Shown in pieces: positions 38,392-47,933 of a stretch of DNA of 64,000 nucleotides; positions within the stretch are counted from its first letter, which is position 1, and each line of letters opens with the position of its first letter. The stretch is from an uncultured Acidobacteriota bacterium (GTDB lineage: Bacteria > Acidobacteriota > Vicinamibacteria > Vicinamibacterales > SCN-69-37): the NCBI GenBank assembly GCA_963764505.1, contig CAVXSP010000001.1:1959207-2023206 (forward strand), written 5' to 3'. The position numbers were made by a program, and so were the translations under genes. The notes under the pieces were generated by a model, which saw only the letters and a program-made list of their open reading frames with translations, searched no databases and was not told where the DNA came from.

Positions 38392-39655
38392 TCAGGCGCT
38401 GGTCGCCTGAACCGGCGACGCGGCCCCGCGGAGAGCGACGGCCGGCGATTCGTCCCGGCGTCGCACGGTGACGGCGAGGTCGGCCACGCCGCCCCACGTT
38501 CTCGTCTCGCTCACGACCAGGTGCGCCGCGGGCGCGAGCCGCGCGAGGTACCGCTGGGTCGGCGGGTGCCCGGCGAGGATTTCGACGTAGTACTGCCCGC
38601 GCGTCAGATTCGCGACGAAGCCGAAGGTGACCGTGAAGACCGCGGGGACGCTCAGGTCGAGTCCGAGGTCCGCCTGCGGGAACTGACCGTCGTACACGAG
38701 CAGCTGGTCGGTCGACCGCAGCACCCGGAAGGCGAACACGACGTCGTCGAGGGGCGCCGCGGACTCGAAGGTGACGCGCAGCTCGAGCCGCGTGCCGGGC
38801 GCGACGACGTCCGCGACTGGCGCGCCGTCGGGCGTGCAGAGCGTCGTGGAGCGGATCCGGAACTCGCCGGGCTGCGATTCGTCGGCCGGGACGAACGCGT
38901 CGCGCACGTAGGCGTCGATCACGTCGCTCGCCGGGCCGAGCGCGAGCGGCTTGCGCCGCAGGTAGAGCGCGCGGTCGCAGAGCTGCGAGACCGCCTGCAG
39001 GTTGTGCGACACGAAGACGATCGTCACGCCCTGCCGCTTGAACTCGCCCATGCGGTGCACGCAGCGCTGCTGGAACGCCATGTCGCCGACGCTCAGGACC
39101 TCGTCGATGATCAGCACGTCCGGGTCGAGGTGCGCCGCGATCGAGAAACCGAGCCGCGCGTTCATGCCCGAGGAGTAGCGCTTGATCTGCGTGTCGATGA
39201 ACCCCGACACGCCGGCGAACTCGACGATCGCGTCGAACTTCCTGGCGACCTCGGCGCGCGTCATCCCCATGATCGCGCCCTGCAGGTAGACGTTCTCCCG
39301 GCCGGTCAGGTCGGGATGGAACCCGGCGGCAATCTCGATGAGCGCGCCCGTGCGCCCGCGCACCTGGCTGCGCCCGCGGTTCGGCCGCAGGATCCGCGTC
39401 AGCAGCTTGAGCGTCGTCGATTTCCCGGCGCCGTTCGGCCCGATGATGCCGAGCGCCTCGCCCGGCGCGACCTCGAACGACACGTCCTCGAGCGCCCAGA
39501 ACTCCTGCTGCTGCAGCTCGCTCGGTCGCCGGCCGGCGCCGGAACAGGCGTCTGGCCATCGCGGGCACGAGATCGCGGAGGCTGTCGTGGCGCTCGCCCG
39601 ACCGGAACTTCTTCCAGACGCCGTCGAAGACGACCCGCGCGGCCGAGGCCTTCAG
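38392..39655 (-). pseudogene. wzt: O-antigen/teichoic-type ABC exporter ATPase (Wzt/TagH-like) with C-terminal glycan-binding-type domain; frame broken near 39520-39535; start unresolved
   Basis: Walker A is GPNGAGKST, the signature is YSSGM, and Walker B is LIIDE. The conserved N-terminal part VVFDGVWKKFRSGERHDSLRDLVPAMARRLFRRR lies in another frame upstream of QQQEFWALEDVSFEV. The junction falls in cggcgccggccggcg. Confidence 0.8.
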
Positions 39656-40452
39656 AGGTTCTCGGCAAAGGTGAACTCCGCCCGATGGAACAGCACCCAG
39701 GCCCAGACCAGCAGGAGCGGGGAGGCGACCGCCGCTACCGCGAACGCGACGGGATCGTGGAACGGGGTGCCGAACAGGGCCGTGCGATAGCCGTCGATGA
39801 TCGGGGTCATCGGGTTGAAGCGAATGATGGTCGCGAGCCGTCCGCCCATGAGCTCGACCGGATAGAGCACCGACGAGACGAACATCCAGACGGTGACGAT
39901 GAGCTCGAGCAGGTACTTGACGTCGCGGTAGAACAGGTTCGCCATCGCGAGCAGCAGTCCCACCGCCGCCGTGAAGCAGACCTGGACCGCGATCACCACC
40001 GGCAGGAAGAGGATCGACGCGGACGGCACGACGCGGTAGTAGGCCATCATTCCGACGAGGATGATCGACGCGACCGCGAAATCGACGAGGCAGACGATGA
40101 TCGCCGAGAAGGGGAAGACCTCCCGCGGGAAGTACACCTTCGTCACCAGACCCGGATTGCCCGTCAGCGACGCGACCGAGAACCTCAGCGACGAGGCGAA
40201 CAGGTTCCAGGCCGACAGGCCGCAGTAGGCGTAGAGGGGGTACGGCACCGGCGTGGCGATCGGCGCCACTCGGGTGAAGATCACCGAGAACACCACAGTG
40301 TTGATGACCGGCATGAAGACGGCCCAGCCGAAGCCCATGACCGTCTGCTTGTAGCGCACGAGGATGTCCCTCGCGGCGAACCGGTAGAGCAGTTCCCGGT
40401 ACTCCGCCTGCTCCCGGAACATCTCGCGGACGTCGTTCCAGAGCGCCGTCAT
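39652..40452 (-). CDS. wzm: ABC-2 type polysaccharide exporter permease (Wzm/TagG-like)
   Basis: Shows ARDILVRYKQTVMGFGWAVFMP and 6 TM segments. ATG at 40452 forms an ATGA overlap with the upstream stop. Confidence 0.85.
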   Translation of the reverse strand: MTALWNDVREMFREQAEYRELLYRFAARDILVRYKQTVMGFGWAVFMPVINTVVFSVIFTRVAPIATPVPYPLYAYCGLSAWNLFASSLRFSVASLTGNPGLVTKVYFPREVFPFSAIIVCLVDFAVASIILVGMMAYYRVVPSASILFLPVVIAVQVCFTAAVGLLLAMANLFYRDVKYLLELIVTVWMFVSSVLYPVELMGGRLATIIRFNPMTPIIDGYRTALFGTPFHDPVAFAVAAVASPLLLVWAWVLFHRAEFTFAENL

Positions 40453-42749
40453 GCGGTCGGCCCCCGCTCGGGCACGAGCCGGGCGCTGCGCGCCCACTCG
40501 AGGGTCAGCGCCATCGCCCGCTCGCGCCCGACGTGCGGCGCGAAGCCGAGCTCGGTCCGGGCCTTCTCAATCGAGACGCGTGCCGCCTCGCCGTAGTAGG
40601 CGATGGGCGCGGCCCCCTGGGCGGCCGGCGGCCGGTAGATGACGGCCGCGTCCGCGCCGAAGCGCCGGAGCAGGGTCTGCTGGAGCCGGGGCGAGGCCTC
40701 CCACATCCGGCGCGGCAGCCGGCCGATGGGGTCGGTGTCGAGGACGCGCCGCACGAACGCCCGAAGCTGCGGCGACGTGGCGATGGTCTTCGCGCCGGCC
40801 ATCCAGCGGCCGAGCCACCCGGGCGGCGCCGGTCGGACGGCGCTCGCATCCTCGGCGGCGAGCACGGGCACGGCCACGCCCGCGGCGCGGGCGAAGTACT
40901 CGTAGAACTCGCGGAGCGAGACCTGCTCCGGATCCGCGATCAGGTACGCCGAGCCGCTCAGCGCGTCCGGCGCGTCGAGGGCGCGCGCGATGGCGTCGAC
41001 GACGTTGTCGACGAAGACCATGTTGGCCGGCACGTCCGGATCGCCCTTGAGCGCGAAGTCGCGGCCGGCCAGCAGCTGAAGCGGCCGGATCGTGAACGTC
41101 TTCGAGAACGGACCGTAGATGCGGACGGGGCGCAGGACGACGGTGGACAGCCCTTGGCGCGCAACGGTCTGCAGCGCCTGCTCGGCCGCGAGCTTGGCCT
41201 GTCCGTAGTCGTCTGCGGCGGGCGGTGCGAGCGGCGCCGCTTCGGTCAGCGCGCCTTCCCCCTCGCGCGCGTGCACGAACAGCGTGCTGATGTGCACGAA
41301 CCGACGGACGCCCGCGCGGCGCGCGGCCTCCGCCACGGTGCGCGTGCCCTCGATGGTGACGCGGCGGGCCGCGTCAGGAGGCCACGACGTGCCGACGGCG
41401 CAGTGCACGACGGCGTCGCAGCCCTCGAGCGCTCTGGCCATCTCGTCCGCCGAGCAGACGTCGCCGACGCGAATCTCCTGCGGCCATCGAGCGAGCCGGG
41501 CCGCGCCGACCGGCGAGCGCACGAGCGCCACCGGGTCCCAGCCGTAGCGGCCCCGCAGCAGCTCGACGGCGCGCCCGCCGAGGAATCCGCCGGCGCCGGT
41601 CACGAGCACCCGCCGCCGTCCCGCGGCGGGCGCGGGAGCGGCGGCGCCAGTGGGCGGCGCGAGGCCTTCCTCGACCCACGGCTCGTCCAGCGGCCGCGCG
41701 TGCTGGTAGCAGTCCTCGATCAGCCCGACCACCGGCAGCACCGAGCGCCCCGACAGCTCCGGGTCCGCGCCGGCGTCAATCGCCCGGAGCCAGTCGTCGA
41801 TCTCGTCGCGGAACGCCTGGTATCCGATGAAGGGCGCCTGGGCGCCGAACTCGGCGGTGAGGCGGAAGGGCGACGGCTCGCGGTCGGCCGACGCGCCGCC
41901 GCGGTGCACGAGGACTTGCGTGAAGTTGGCGCGGAGCAGCTCCAGCGTGGCGTGCTCGCATTCGACCCGGATGCTGTTGCGCAGCTCCCGCGTGCGGCTG
42001 AGCTCGAGGCGGACGGGAATCGTCCGGCCGCCGACGCCGATCGAGAAGCGCGCGACGCAGTCGGTCTCGATTCCGCCGCGCGCGTTGTCCTCGTAGGCGT
42101 GGAGCGTCGGCTGCCCTGGCAGGATGCCGAGCAGCACGTCGATCACGTGCGAGCCGATGTCGATCAGCACGCCGCCGCCCCCGGCCGTCCTGGTCAGGCC
42201 GTCGAGCGAGGCGAGCTGCCAGCCGTACGGGCCTCCCTCCTCGGCGTCGATCGCGATCGGCGCGCCGTACTCGCCGCTCTCGAGCATCGCGCGCAGCAGG
42301 CGCACCGCCGGCAGCATCCGCCGGTAGAGCCCCACGGCCAGCGCGACCCCGCCGGCATCTGCGGCCGCGACCATCGCCTCGGCATCGGCCAGCGAGGTCG
42401 CCATCGGCTTCTCGACGAACACGTGCTTGCGCCGGGAGGCCAGCTCGATGGTGGCCGGCGCATGGTGGGCCGGCGGCGTCGCGAGCACGACCGCGTCGAC
42501 GTCGTCGACGACGGCGGACAGGTCGGTCTCGACGCGCGCGATCTGGTACGCCTCGGCCAGCTCGCGCGCGCGCGCCGCCGTCCGATCCACGAGGGCGACG
42601 ATGCGCAGGCCGTCGTGACCGGCGAGCACCGGCAGCAGGTTCGCCTTCGTCACGGCGCCGCAGCCGACGACCGCCACCGCGAGCGGGCGCGCCTGCGCCG
42701 GTCGGGCGGGAGTCGTCTCGGAGTCGAGGACGGGACCGGGCTTGCGCAT
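40449..42749 (-). CDS. Bifunctional fusion: Gfo/Idh/MocA-family oxidoreductase (N) + NAD-dependent epimerase/dehydratase SDR (C)
   Basis: The N-terminal Rossmann fold is VAVVGCGAVTK with an EKP motif (FVEKPMA). The second Rossmann fold VLVTGAGGFLGGR starts about aa 385, with a YxxxK (YGQAK). It is a single 766-aa uninterrupted ORF. Confidence 0.8.
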   Translation of the reverse strand: MRKPGPVLDSETTPARPAQARPLAVAVVGCGAVTKANLLPVLAGHDGLRIVALVDRTAARARELAEAYQIARVETDLSAVVDDVDAVVLATPPAHHAPATIELASRRKHVFVEKPMATSLADAEAMVAAADAGGVALAVGLYRRMLPAVRLLRAMLESGEYGAPIAIDAEEGGPYGWQLASLDGLTRTAGGGGVLIDIGSHVIDVLLGILPGQPTLHAYEDNARGGIETDCVARFSIGVGGRTIPVRLELSRTRELRNSIRVECEHATLELLRANFTQVLVHRGGASADREPSPFRLTAEFGAQAPFIGYQAFRDEIDDWLRAIDAGADPELSGRSVLPVVGLIEDCYQHARPLDEPWVEEGLAPPTGAAAPAPAAGRRRVLVTGAGGFLGGRAVELLRGRYGWDPVALVRSPVGAARLARWPQEIRVGDVCSADEMARALEGCDAVVHCAVGTSWPPDAARRVTIEGTRTVAEAARRAGVRRFVHISTLFVHAREGEGALTEAAPLAPPAADDYGQAKLAAEQALQTVARQGLSTVVLRPVRIYGPFSKTFTIRPLQLLAGRDFALKGDPDVPANMVFVDNVVDAIARALDAPDALSGSAYLIADPEQVSLREFYEYFARAAGVAVPVLAAEDASAVRPAPPGWLGRWMAGAKTIATSPQLRAFVRRVLDTDPIGRLPRRMWEASPRLQQTLLRRFGADAAVIYRPPAAQGAAPIAYYGEAARVSIEKARTELGFAPHVGRERAMALTLEWARSARLVPERGPTA

Positions 42750-42750
42750 G

Positions 42751-45047
42751 TCAGCTCTTCAGGTCCGCCAGCGCCCGTCGCGCGGCGTCGGCGTTGGCGC
42801 CCGAGTTCTGCAGCGCCAGCGACTTCTGCAGGGCGTCGCGTGCCTTGCCGGTCTCGCTGAGCGCCGCGTAGGCGAGGCCGAGGTGGTAGCTGGTAAGTGG
42901 GATTGCTGCGGCTCCTTCGTTGACCGAGTCGAGCAGCGGGGCCACCGCCTGGGAGAACTGGCCCTTCTTGTAGAACGCCCATCCGAGCGTGTCGTTGATC
43001 TCCGGCCGGTCGGGCAGTCCGGCTTTGGCGGTCTTGGCGAGCTGCAGCGCGACGTCCAGATTGCCGCCCGTATCCATGTAGATCCCCGCCAGGTTGTTGG
43101 CGGCGACGGCGGCACGCGGATCGAGCGGCGAGCGCCTTCTCGTATCGCGCGCGGGCTTCGGGCCTGCTTGTTCTGCTCTGCAAGAGCATGCCGATGATGG
43201 TGTGCGCCGGGACGGACTTCGGCTGCTTTTCGCGACTTCGGTGAACTGCCGGATGGCGTCGTCGACCCGACGCTGCCGGATGTAGAGGCTCGCCGAGCAG
43301 CGAGTACGCCTCGAGGTTGTTCGGCGTCGGCGTCGACGGCCGGCCGCGCGAGCGCTCGGTCGAGGCAGGGATCGCCGAGCGCCGCGTACGACTTGGCCGC
43401 CAGGAGCAGGACGCGCTGCGTTTTTCGGAGACCTCCGAACGGCCTCTTCCAGCTGAGTCTCTGGCGGCGTCGGGCCGCTTGTCCTGATGTCCATCGTCAC
43501 GAGTCCCGCGATCAGCGTCGATCTGGGCCGGATTCTTCTCCAGCGCCTTCTCGAACGCGGCGCGCGCCGCGGCGCGGTTCTTCTTCAAGCAGCTCGAGCT
43601 GGCCGAGCTCGGCCTGCACGGCGAGGCAAGGTCCGGGAGGTACTTGGCCAGCAGCGCGAATGATGGGCTCGGCCTTGCGACGACTCACCGCGCATGAGGT
43701 GGATCCGCGCCAGCAGCAGGTGAGGCGCTCGACGTAGCCGTTGACCTTGAGCACCGCGGCCTTGGCGAACTGTTCGGCCTGGTCCAATGGTTGGCCGCGA
43801 AGTGCAGCTTGGCGAGCTCGAATTCGGCGATGGCCATGCGCGGATTCAGCTTGAGGGCCTGCGTGAAGGCGGCCATCGCCTCCTGCCGCTGGCCGCGCAG
43901 CACGTACATCCGGCCGAGCGCGAACTGCGTCTCTGACGACTGCGGGTTGGTTTCCGCGGCCGACCGGACCGCTGCGAATGCCTCGCTCACCTTTCCGAGT
44001 CCCAGCAGCGTCTGGGCCTTGGCCAGCAGGGCCTCCCAGTTCCTGCGGTTCCTTCGCGAGCACTCATCGATCAACTTCATGGCCGCGGCCGGATCGCCGG
44101 ATCCCAGGCCCATGCCGGCGAGCCGCAGTTTCGCGCTGGTCGCGCCTTTGACGCCGCTGGCGGCGACCGCTTCCAGGATCCGCTGCGCCTCGTCGCGCCG
44201 CTGCAGCGAGATGTAGTAGTCCGCGAGCAGCGAGCTTGCCGGTGCCGTCTGGCAGCGTCTCGGCAAGCGTCTTCAGGTACGGCTCGGCCTCTTTGGGCTG
44301 GCGAGCGCCGATGTAGAACAGCGCCAGCGCGCGGTTCGCGAGGACGTTCTTGGGGTCGAGACTCAGGGCTTCTTTCAGTTGCGCTTCGGCTTCGGAACGC
44401 CGGCCAACGGACCAGAGGTAGTTGACGAGCGCCAGTCGCGCGTCGACGGATTTCGGGTCGGTCGTCCACGGCCTTGCGGAACGCCGCTTCCGCTTCCTGC
44501 CGATCGCCGTGAACCATCTGCATCGCGCCGAGGATCGTGTAGCTCGTCGTCCGGTCGGGCTCCTCTCGAATGGCCGCCTCGACCTCGTCCAGCGCGTCGT
44601 CGAGCTTGTTCAGGCCGGCCAGGGCATTCGCGTGCAGGATCATGCGCTTCGACGTTCTTCGGATCGATCGCGAGCGCCTTCTCCGCGCGGCCGTTGGCGT
44701 CCTCGAACTGTCGCGCCAGGAGCAGCATCTGCGCGGCGCCGACTTGCGCCTCGGCGTCCTTGGGCAGCAGGTCGGCCGCCCGGACCGCTTCGCGATACGC
44801 GTTCGTCAGGTCGCCGACCTCCTGATACGCCTTCGCCAGCTTGCTTCTCGCTTCGCCGAACCGGGCGTCCGCCTGGACCGCATTCCGATACTGGATGACC
44901 GCCTCGGGGTATTTCTTCTGGGCGACGTACGCGTCGCCGCTCTTCACGAATTCGCGCTTGGCGACTTCCGGGTCCTTGCCGCACGCGGCGGCGAGCAGCA
45001 CCGCGGCCAGTGCGGCGCGTGCGGACGATCGTGATCGGTCGAAGCAT
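42751..45047 (-). pseudogene. prsT: PEP-CTERM-system TPR-repeat lipoprotein (PrsT-like), frame broken at least 11 times
   Basis: The lipoprotein signal is reconstructed across one shift (MLRPITIVRTR/AALAAVLLAAAC|GKD). TPR-type segments are spread over all three minus frames, e.g. QYRNAVQADARFGEARSKLAKAY, DPKSVDARLALVNYLWSVGRRSEAEAQLKEAL, LLADYYISLQRRDEAQ and AANNLAGIYMDTGGNLDVALQLAK. Confidence 0.7.
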
Positions 45048-45064
45048 GTCTTCCTCGTTCCTGC

Positions 45065-45712
45065 CTAAGACGGAAGATAACGGTCGAGGTACGGCAACAG
45101 GATCTGGACGAACTGCGCGGGCGTCGTGCTCGGCCTCGTCGACACCCGCCTGCGGGCCGGTGATCGGGACTGACGATGCGCACGAGCGCGGCATCGGAGC
45201 GGTTCAACCGGATCGCGTCGGTCACCATGAAGATCTTGCTCCAGTAGTCGCTCGCCACGATGCGGCCGTGGCTCTGATACCAGTAGAAGACGACCTGCCG
45301 GTCGAGCCCCTTCGACGATGAGCACCTCGTTCACGTGGATCGGATCGGCGCGACCGGGGACGGCGATCGTCGTCTGCGTGGTGCGCACCGGCTGCCAGCC
45401 GGCGCCCGGAAGGCAGTTCATCGGCGAGTGGATCGTGTCGCCCTGCCGCTGGCTCTGGTAGTAGCCGACGTACAGGCCGACGACGTCGTTCGGCGACGCG
45501 ACGTAGTAGCGGTTCAGGTAGTCATCCACGCCCAGCACGGCGAGGACGTCGCTCGTCAGCGGCGCGGCCTCGTGCCCCGACCAGTTGCCAAGCTGATTCG
45601 GGAGATGCGCGAGCGGCTCGCGCAGCGGCACGCGCTCGGGCTGCATCGCGAAGCCGATGTAGGTCGTCGTGGCGACGAAGCACGCACTCAGGAGAAGAAG
45701 GCGTCGGGTCAT
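45065..45712 (-). pseudogene. epsI: EpsI-family exosortase-associated protein, three frame breaks in the last third
   Basis: Shows MTRRLLLLSACFVATTT..., GNWSG..., YLNRYY...GLYVGYYQSQRQGDTIHSPMNCLPGAGW. It then continues in other frames: LDRQVVFYWYQSHGRIVASDYWSKIFMVTDAIRLNRSDAALVRIVSP.../...FVQILLPYLDRYLPS*. One break falls in a C4 run at 45307..45310. Confidence 0.7.
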
Positions 45713-45723
45713 TGGATCAGGGA

Positions 45724-46588
45724 TCAGGCGGCCGCCGTGCTCGTCGCTCCAGCCGCCACGCCGCGCGGGATGAACCGCTGGAGCAGCCGCGCCACGACGA
45801 ACATCATCAGAAACGCGACCATGAACACCAGCCAGCCCGAGAACTCGTGAAAGAAGCCTTCGGCGGCGGCCGGGCCGTAGTAGGGCGCCGCCAGGCCGGT
45901 GCCGGCAACCCGGAAGGCATTGGACGCAATGGCAATCGGGATCGTGGACAGCGCGATCAGCACGCGCACGAACGGCCGCCGATCGATGAAGTACCCGTAG
46001 ACGATGCCGAGCGTCAGCAGCGACACGAGCGACCGGATGCCGCTGCAGGCTTCGGCCACCTCGAGCGTCGTGTTCGCCAGGACGATCACGTTGCCTTCGC
46101 GGAGCACGGGCACGCCCGCCAGCGACAGGGTCGTTTCGCCGACGTTCGAGGCGAGCAGTTGAAGCGGAAACGCGATCTGGTTGAAGAGGATCGCCGGAAT
46201 CGGAATCATCAGGATCAGGAAGGCGAGGGGGAACACCAGAATCCGGAGCGCCCGCCAGCCCGCCACAAAGACGATGGATCCGGCCAGCACCGCCAGGATC
46301 GATGTGCGGGTCAAGAACAGCTCGGCGCCCAGCAGGCCGGCCACCAGCAGGGCCAGACCGAACACGACGATCGCCAGGCCAATCGCGGCGGGTCGGGGCT
46401 GAACTTTGGCCAGCTTGTGCCGGCGCTCCCAGACGAAATAGGCCGCGAGCGGGATGATCAGGAACCCATGCGAGTAGTTGTCGTCATGGGCCCAGTCCTC
46501 CAGCGAGCCGGACCATCACCGGCCCGTAGAGCGCCAGGAAGCTCAGCAGTGCGAGGGCCCATGCCACTCGTCGAAATCCCCACCTCAT
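45724..46588 (-). pseudogene. xrtA: Exosortase (XrtA-like), one frame break near 46500
   Basis: MRWGFRRVAWALALLSFLALYGPVMVRLA is then out of frame with DWAHDDNYSHGFLIIPLAAYFVWERR. Further motifs are EACSGIRSL and IPIAIASNAFRV. It is followed by the EpsI and PrsT-like genes. Confidence 0.75.
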
Positions 46589-46796
46589 CGCGAAGGGCAA
46601 GTAGCAAGGCACTCTCCGCGGCCGCCTCCCGTCGCCCGCGAGGCAGCAAGGAGCCTGTTTGCAGGCACTTGACGGGGATCGCGGCCATGGAACCGGTCAC
46701 CGGGGGGCCAGAAAATCACCAGAAGGGCTGACAAATATTCTCGGCTCCGGGTCCTTTTCGGGGCCTCCTCAGCATCGGGCCAAAGCTCGCGGGGTT

Positions 46797-46812
46797 TGCC
46801 GGAATTCCGGCA
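46797..46812. promoter_or_regulatory. Perfect 16-bp palindrome TGCCGGAATTCCGGCA in the divergent exosortase / acyl-module intergenic region (candidate operator or UAS)
   Basis: Read directly. It lies about 210 bp upstream of the xrtA-like start and about 220 bp upstream of the 47030 sigma-54-like motif. It shares the GGAATTCC core with the palindrome at 51332..51343. Confidence 0.35.
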
Positions 46813-47029
46813 GACAGAATGTCAGCGATCCGAGCCGGCCGAGTCCAACAGTGTGACCGAGTCGAAAAAGGTGAAATTCTCACATGGTCAAAAATGCAGC
46901 GTCAGCCGTGAACTTGAATTGGCGACGATCAATCCGAAGATGGTTCGTGCTCAGCAAGTCCATATCTTATAGGGCAGTTAGTCAGCAGCCATAAGTTTGA
47001 CATCGACGTCAGCATCCCCTGAGCGCACG

Positions 47030-47045
47030 TGGCACAGTCTTTGGG
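47030..47045 (+). promoter_or_regulatory. Weak sigma-54-type promoter candidate (TGGCAC-N5-TTGG)
   Basis: The -24 element TGGCAC is perfect and the GG-to-(G)N spacing is correct. The -12 reads TTGG instead of TTGC. It lies 55 nt upstream of the ATG at 47101. Confidence 0.25.
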
Positions 47046-47100
47046 TAAGCGGCATGCGCGCCAGCCGGGGCCCTCGCCGGAATGGCACGAGGACATCCAA

Positions 47101-47923
47101 ATGTTGAGCTTTCTTGAACGCCAAGCCGCGCTCATCGATCGGCGGCTCGTCCTCTTGGCGCCGAGATCGGCCTATACCGCGCCGTTCTTCAACCTCGAGC
47201 ACAGCTCAGAGCGACATTCGGCGCTGCTCGGCGAGGTTCAGCGACTGCGGGGCGCGATCTACGTCGGTGACGGAGCGGTCCGCGGCGATGACCTTTCTTC
47301 CGATGGCCGCCACGAGACCGCCGAGGACCGCAACAGCTGGCATTTCCTGATGTTGACTCCTGGTGGGAAGGTCAGCTCCTGCGTGTGGTATCTTGCCCAC
47401 GAAGGAGCCAGGCGTGTCGAGGAACTTCGCGTTCGCGCCTGTCCGCTCGGGCGCGATGCGGCGTGGCACGACACCTTCCGTACCGCGGTTGAAGACGAGT
47501 TGACGCGAGCCGGCCGCGACGGCCTCCGATTCGCTGAAGTCGGCGGCTGGGCCGTCTCGAGGCAGTCGCGCTGCACGTCGGAGGGTCTCTTGCTGGCGCT
47601 GGCGGCCTACAGTCTGGGCCGGCTTTTCGGGGGGCCTTGGGCCTGACCACAGCCACGGTGCGGCATTCTTCGTCGGCAATCCTGAGGCGTCTGGGGGGCT
47701 CGTATCTCCAGGCGAATGGCACCGTCGTGCCGCCTTATTACGATCCGCGGTACCAGTGCGAGATGGAGCTGCTCCGCTTCGATTCCCGAAGGCCCAATCC
47801 GAGATTCGCGCACCTCGTCGACCTGCTCAAGGAACGTTTGACCAATGTGCGTGTAGTCACGGCGCATCAGCCGGCGCGCCTTTCGTTTCGGCCATGCCAC
47901 TGGAGCCGCTGTTCGCCGCCTGA
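47101..47923 (+). pseudogene. LuxI/FeeM-like N-acyltransferase (GNAT-fold; cf. exosortase-system-associated acyltransferase), frame broken in a G6 run at 47629..47634; 3' end unresolved
   Basis: Shows LGEVQRLRGAIYVGDGAV...DGRHETAEDRNSWHFLML...LRFAEVGGWAV...LLLALAAYSLGRLFGG. It then continues out of frame as ALGLTTATVRHSSSAILRRLGG...PPYYDPRYQCEMELLRFD. Adding one G restores the frame. GAGGA lies 7 nt before the ATG. Confidence 0.5.
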
Positions 47924-47933
47924 CGGCCGCCCG

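Noticed and set aside
46929-47202. Small ORFs (68-74 aa) inside the AT-rich divergent spacer, considered as possible regulators or small proteins.
   Set aside because: They have no SD sequence and no recognisable motif. Their composition is Cys/Trp/Ser-rich, typical of random frames, and they overlap the start region of the LuxI-like gene.
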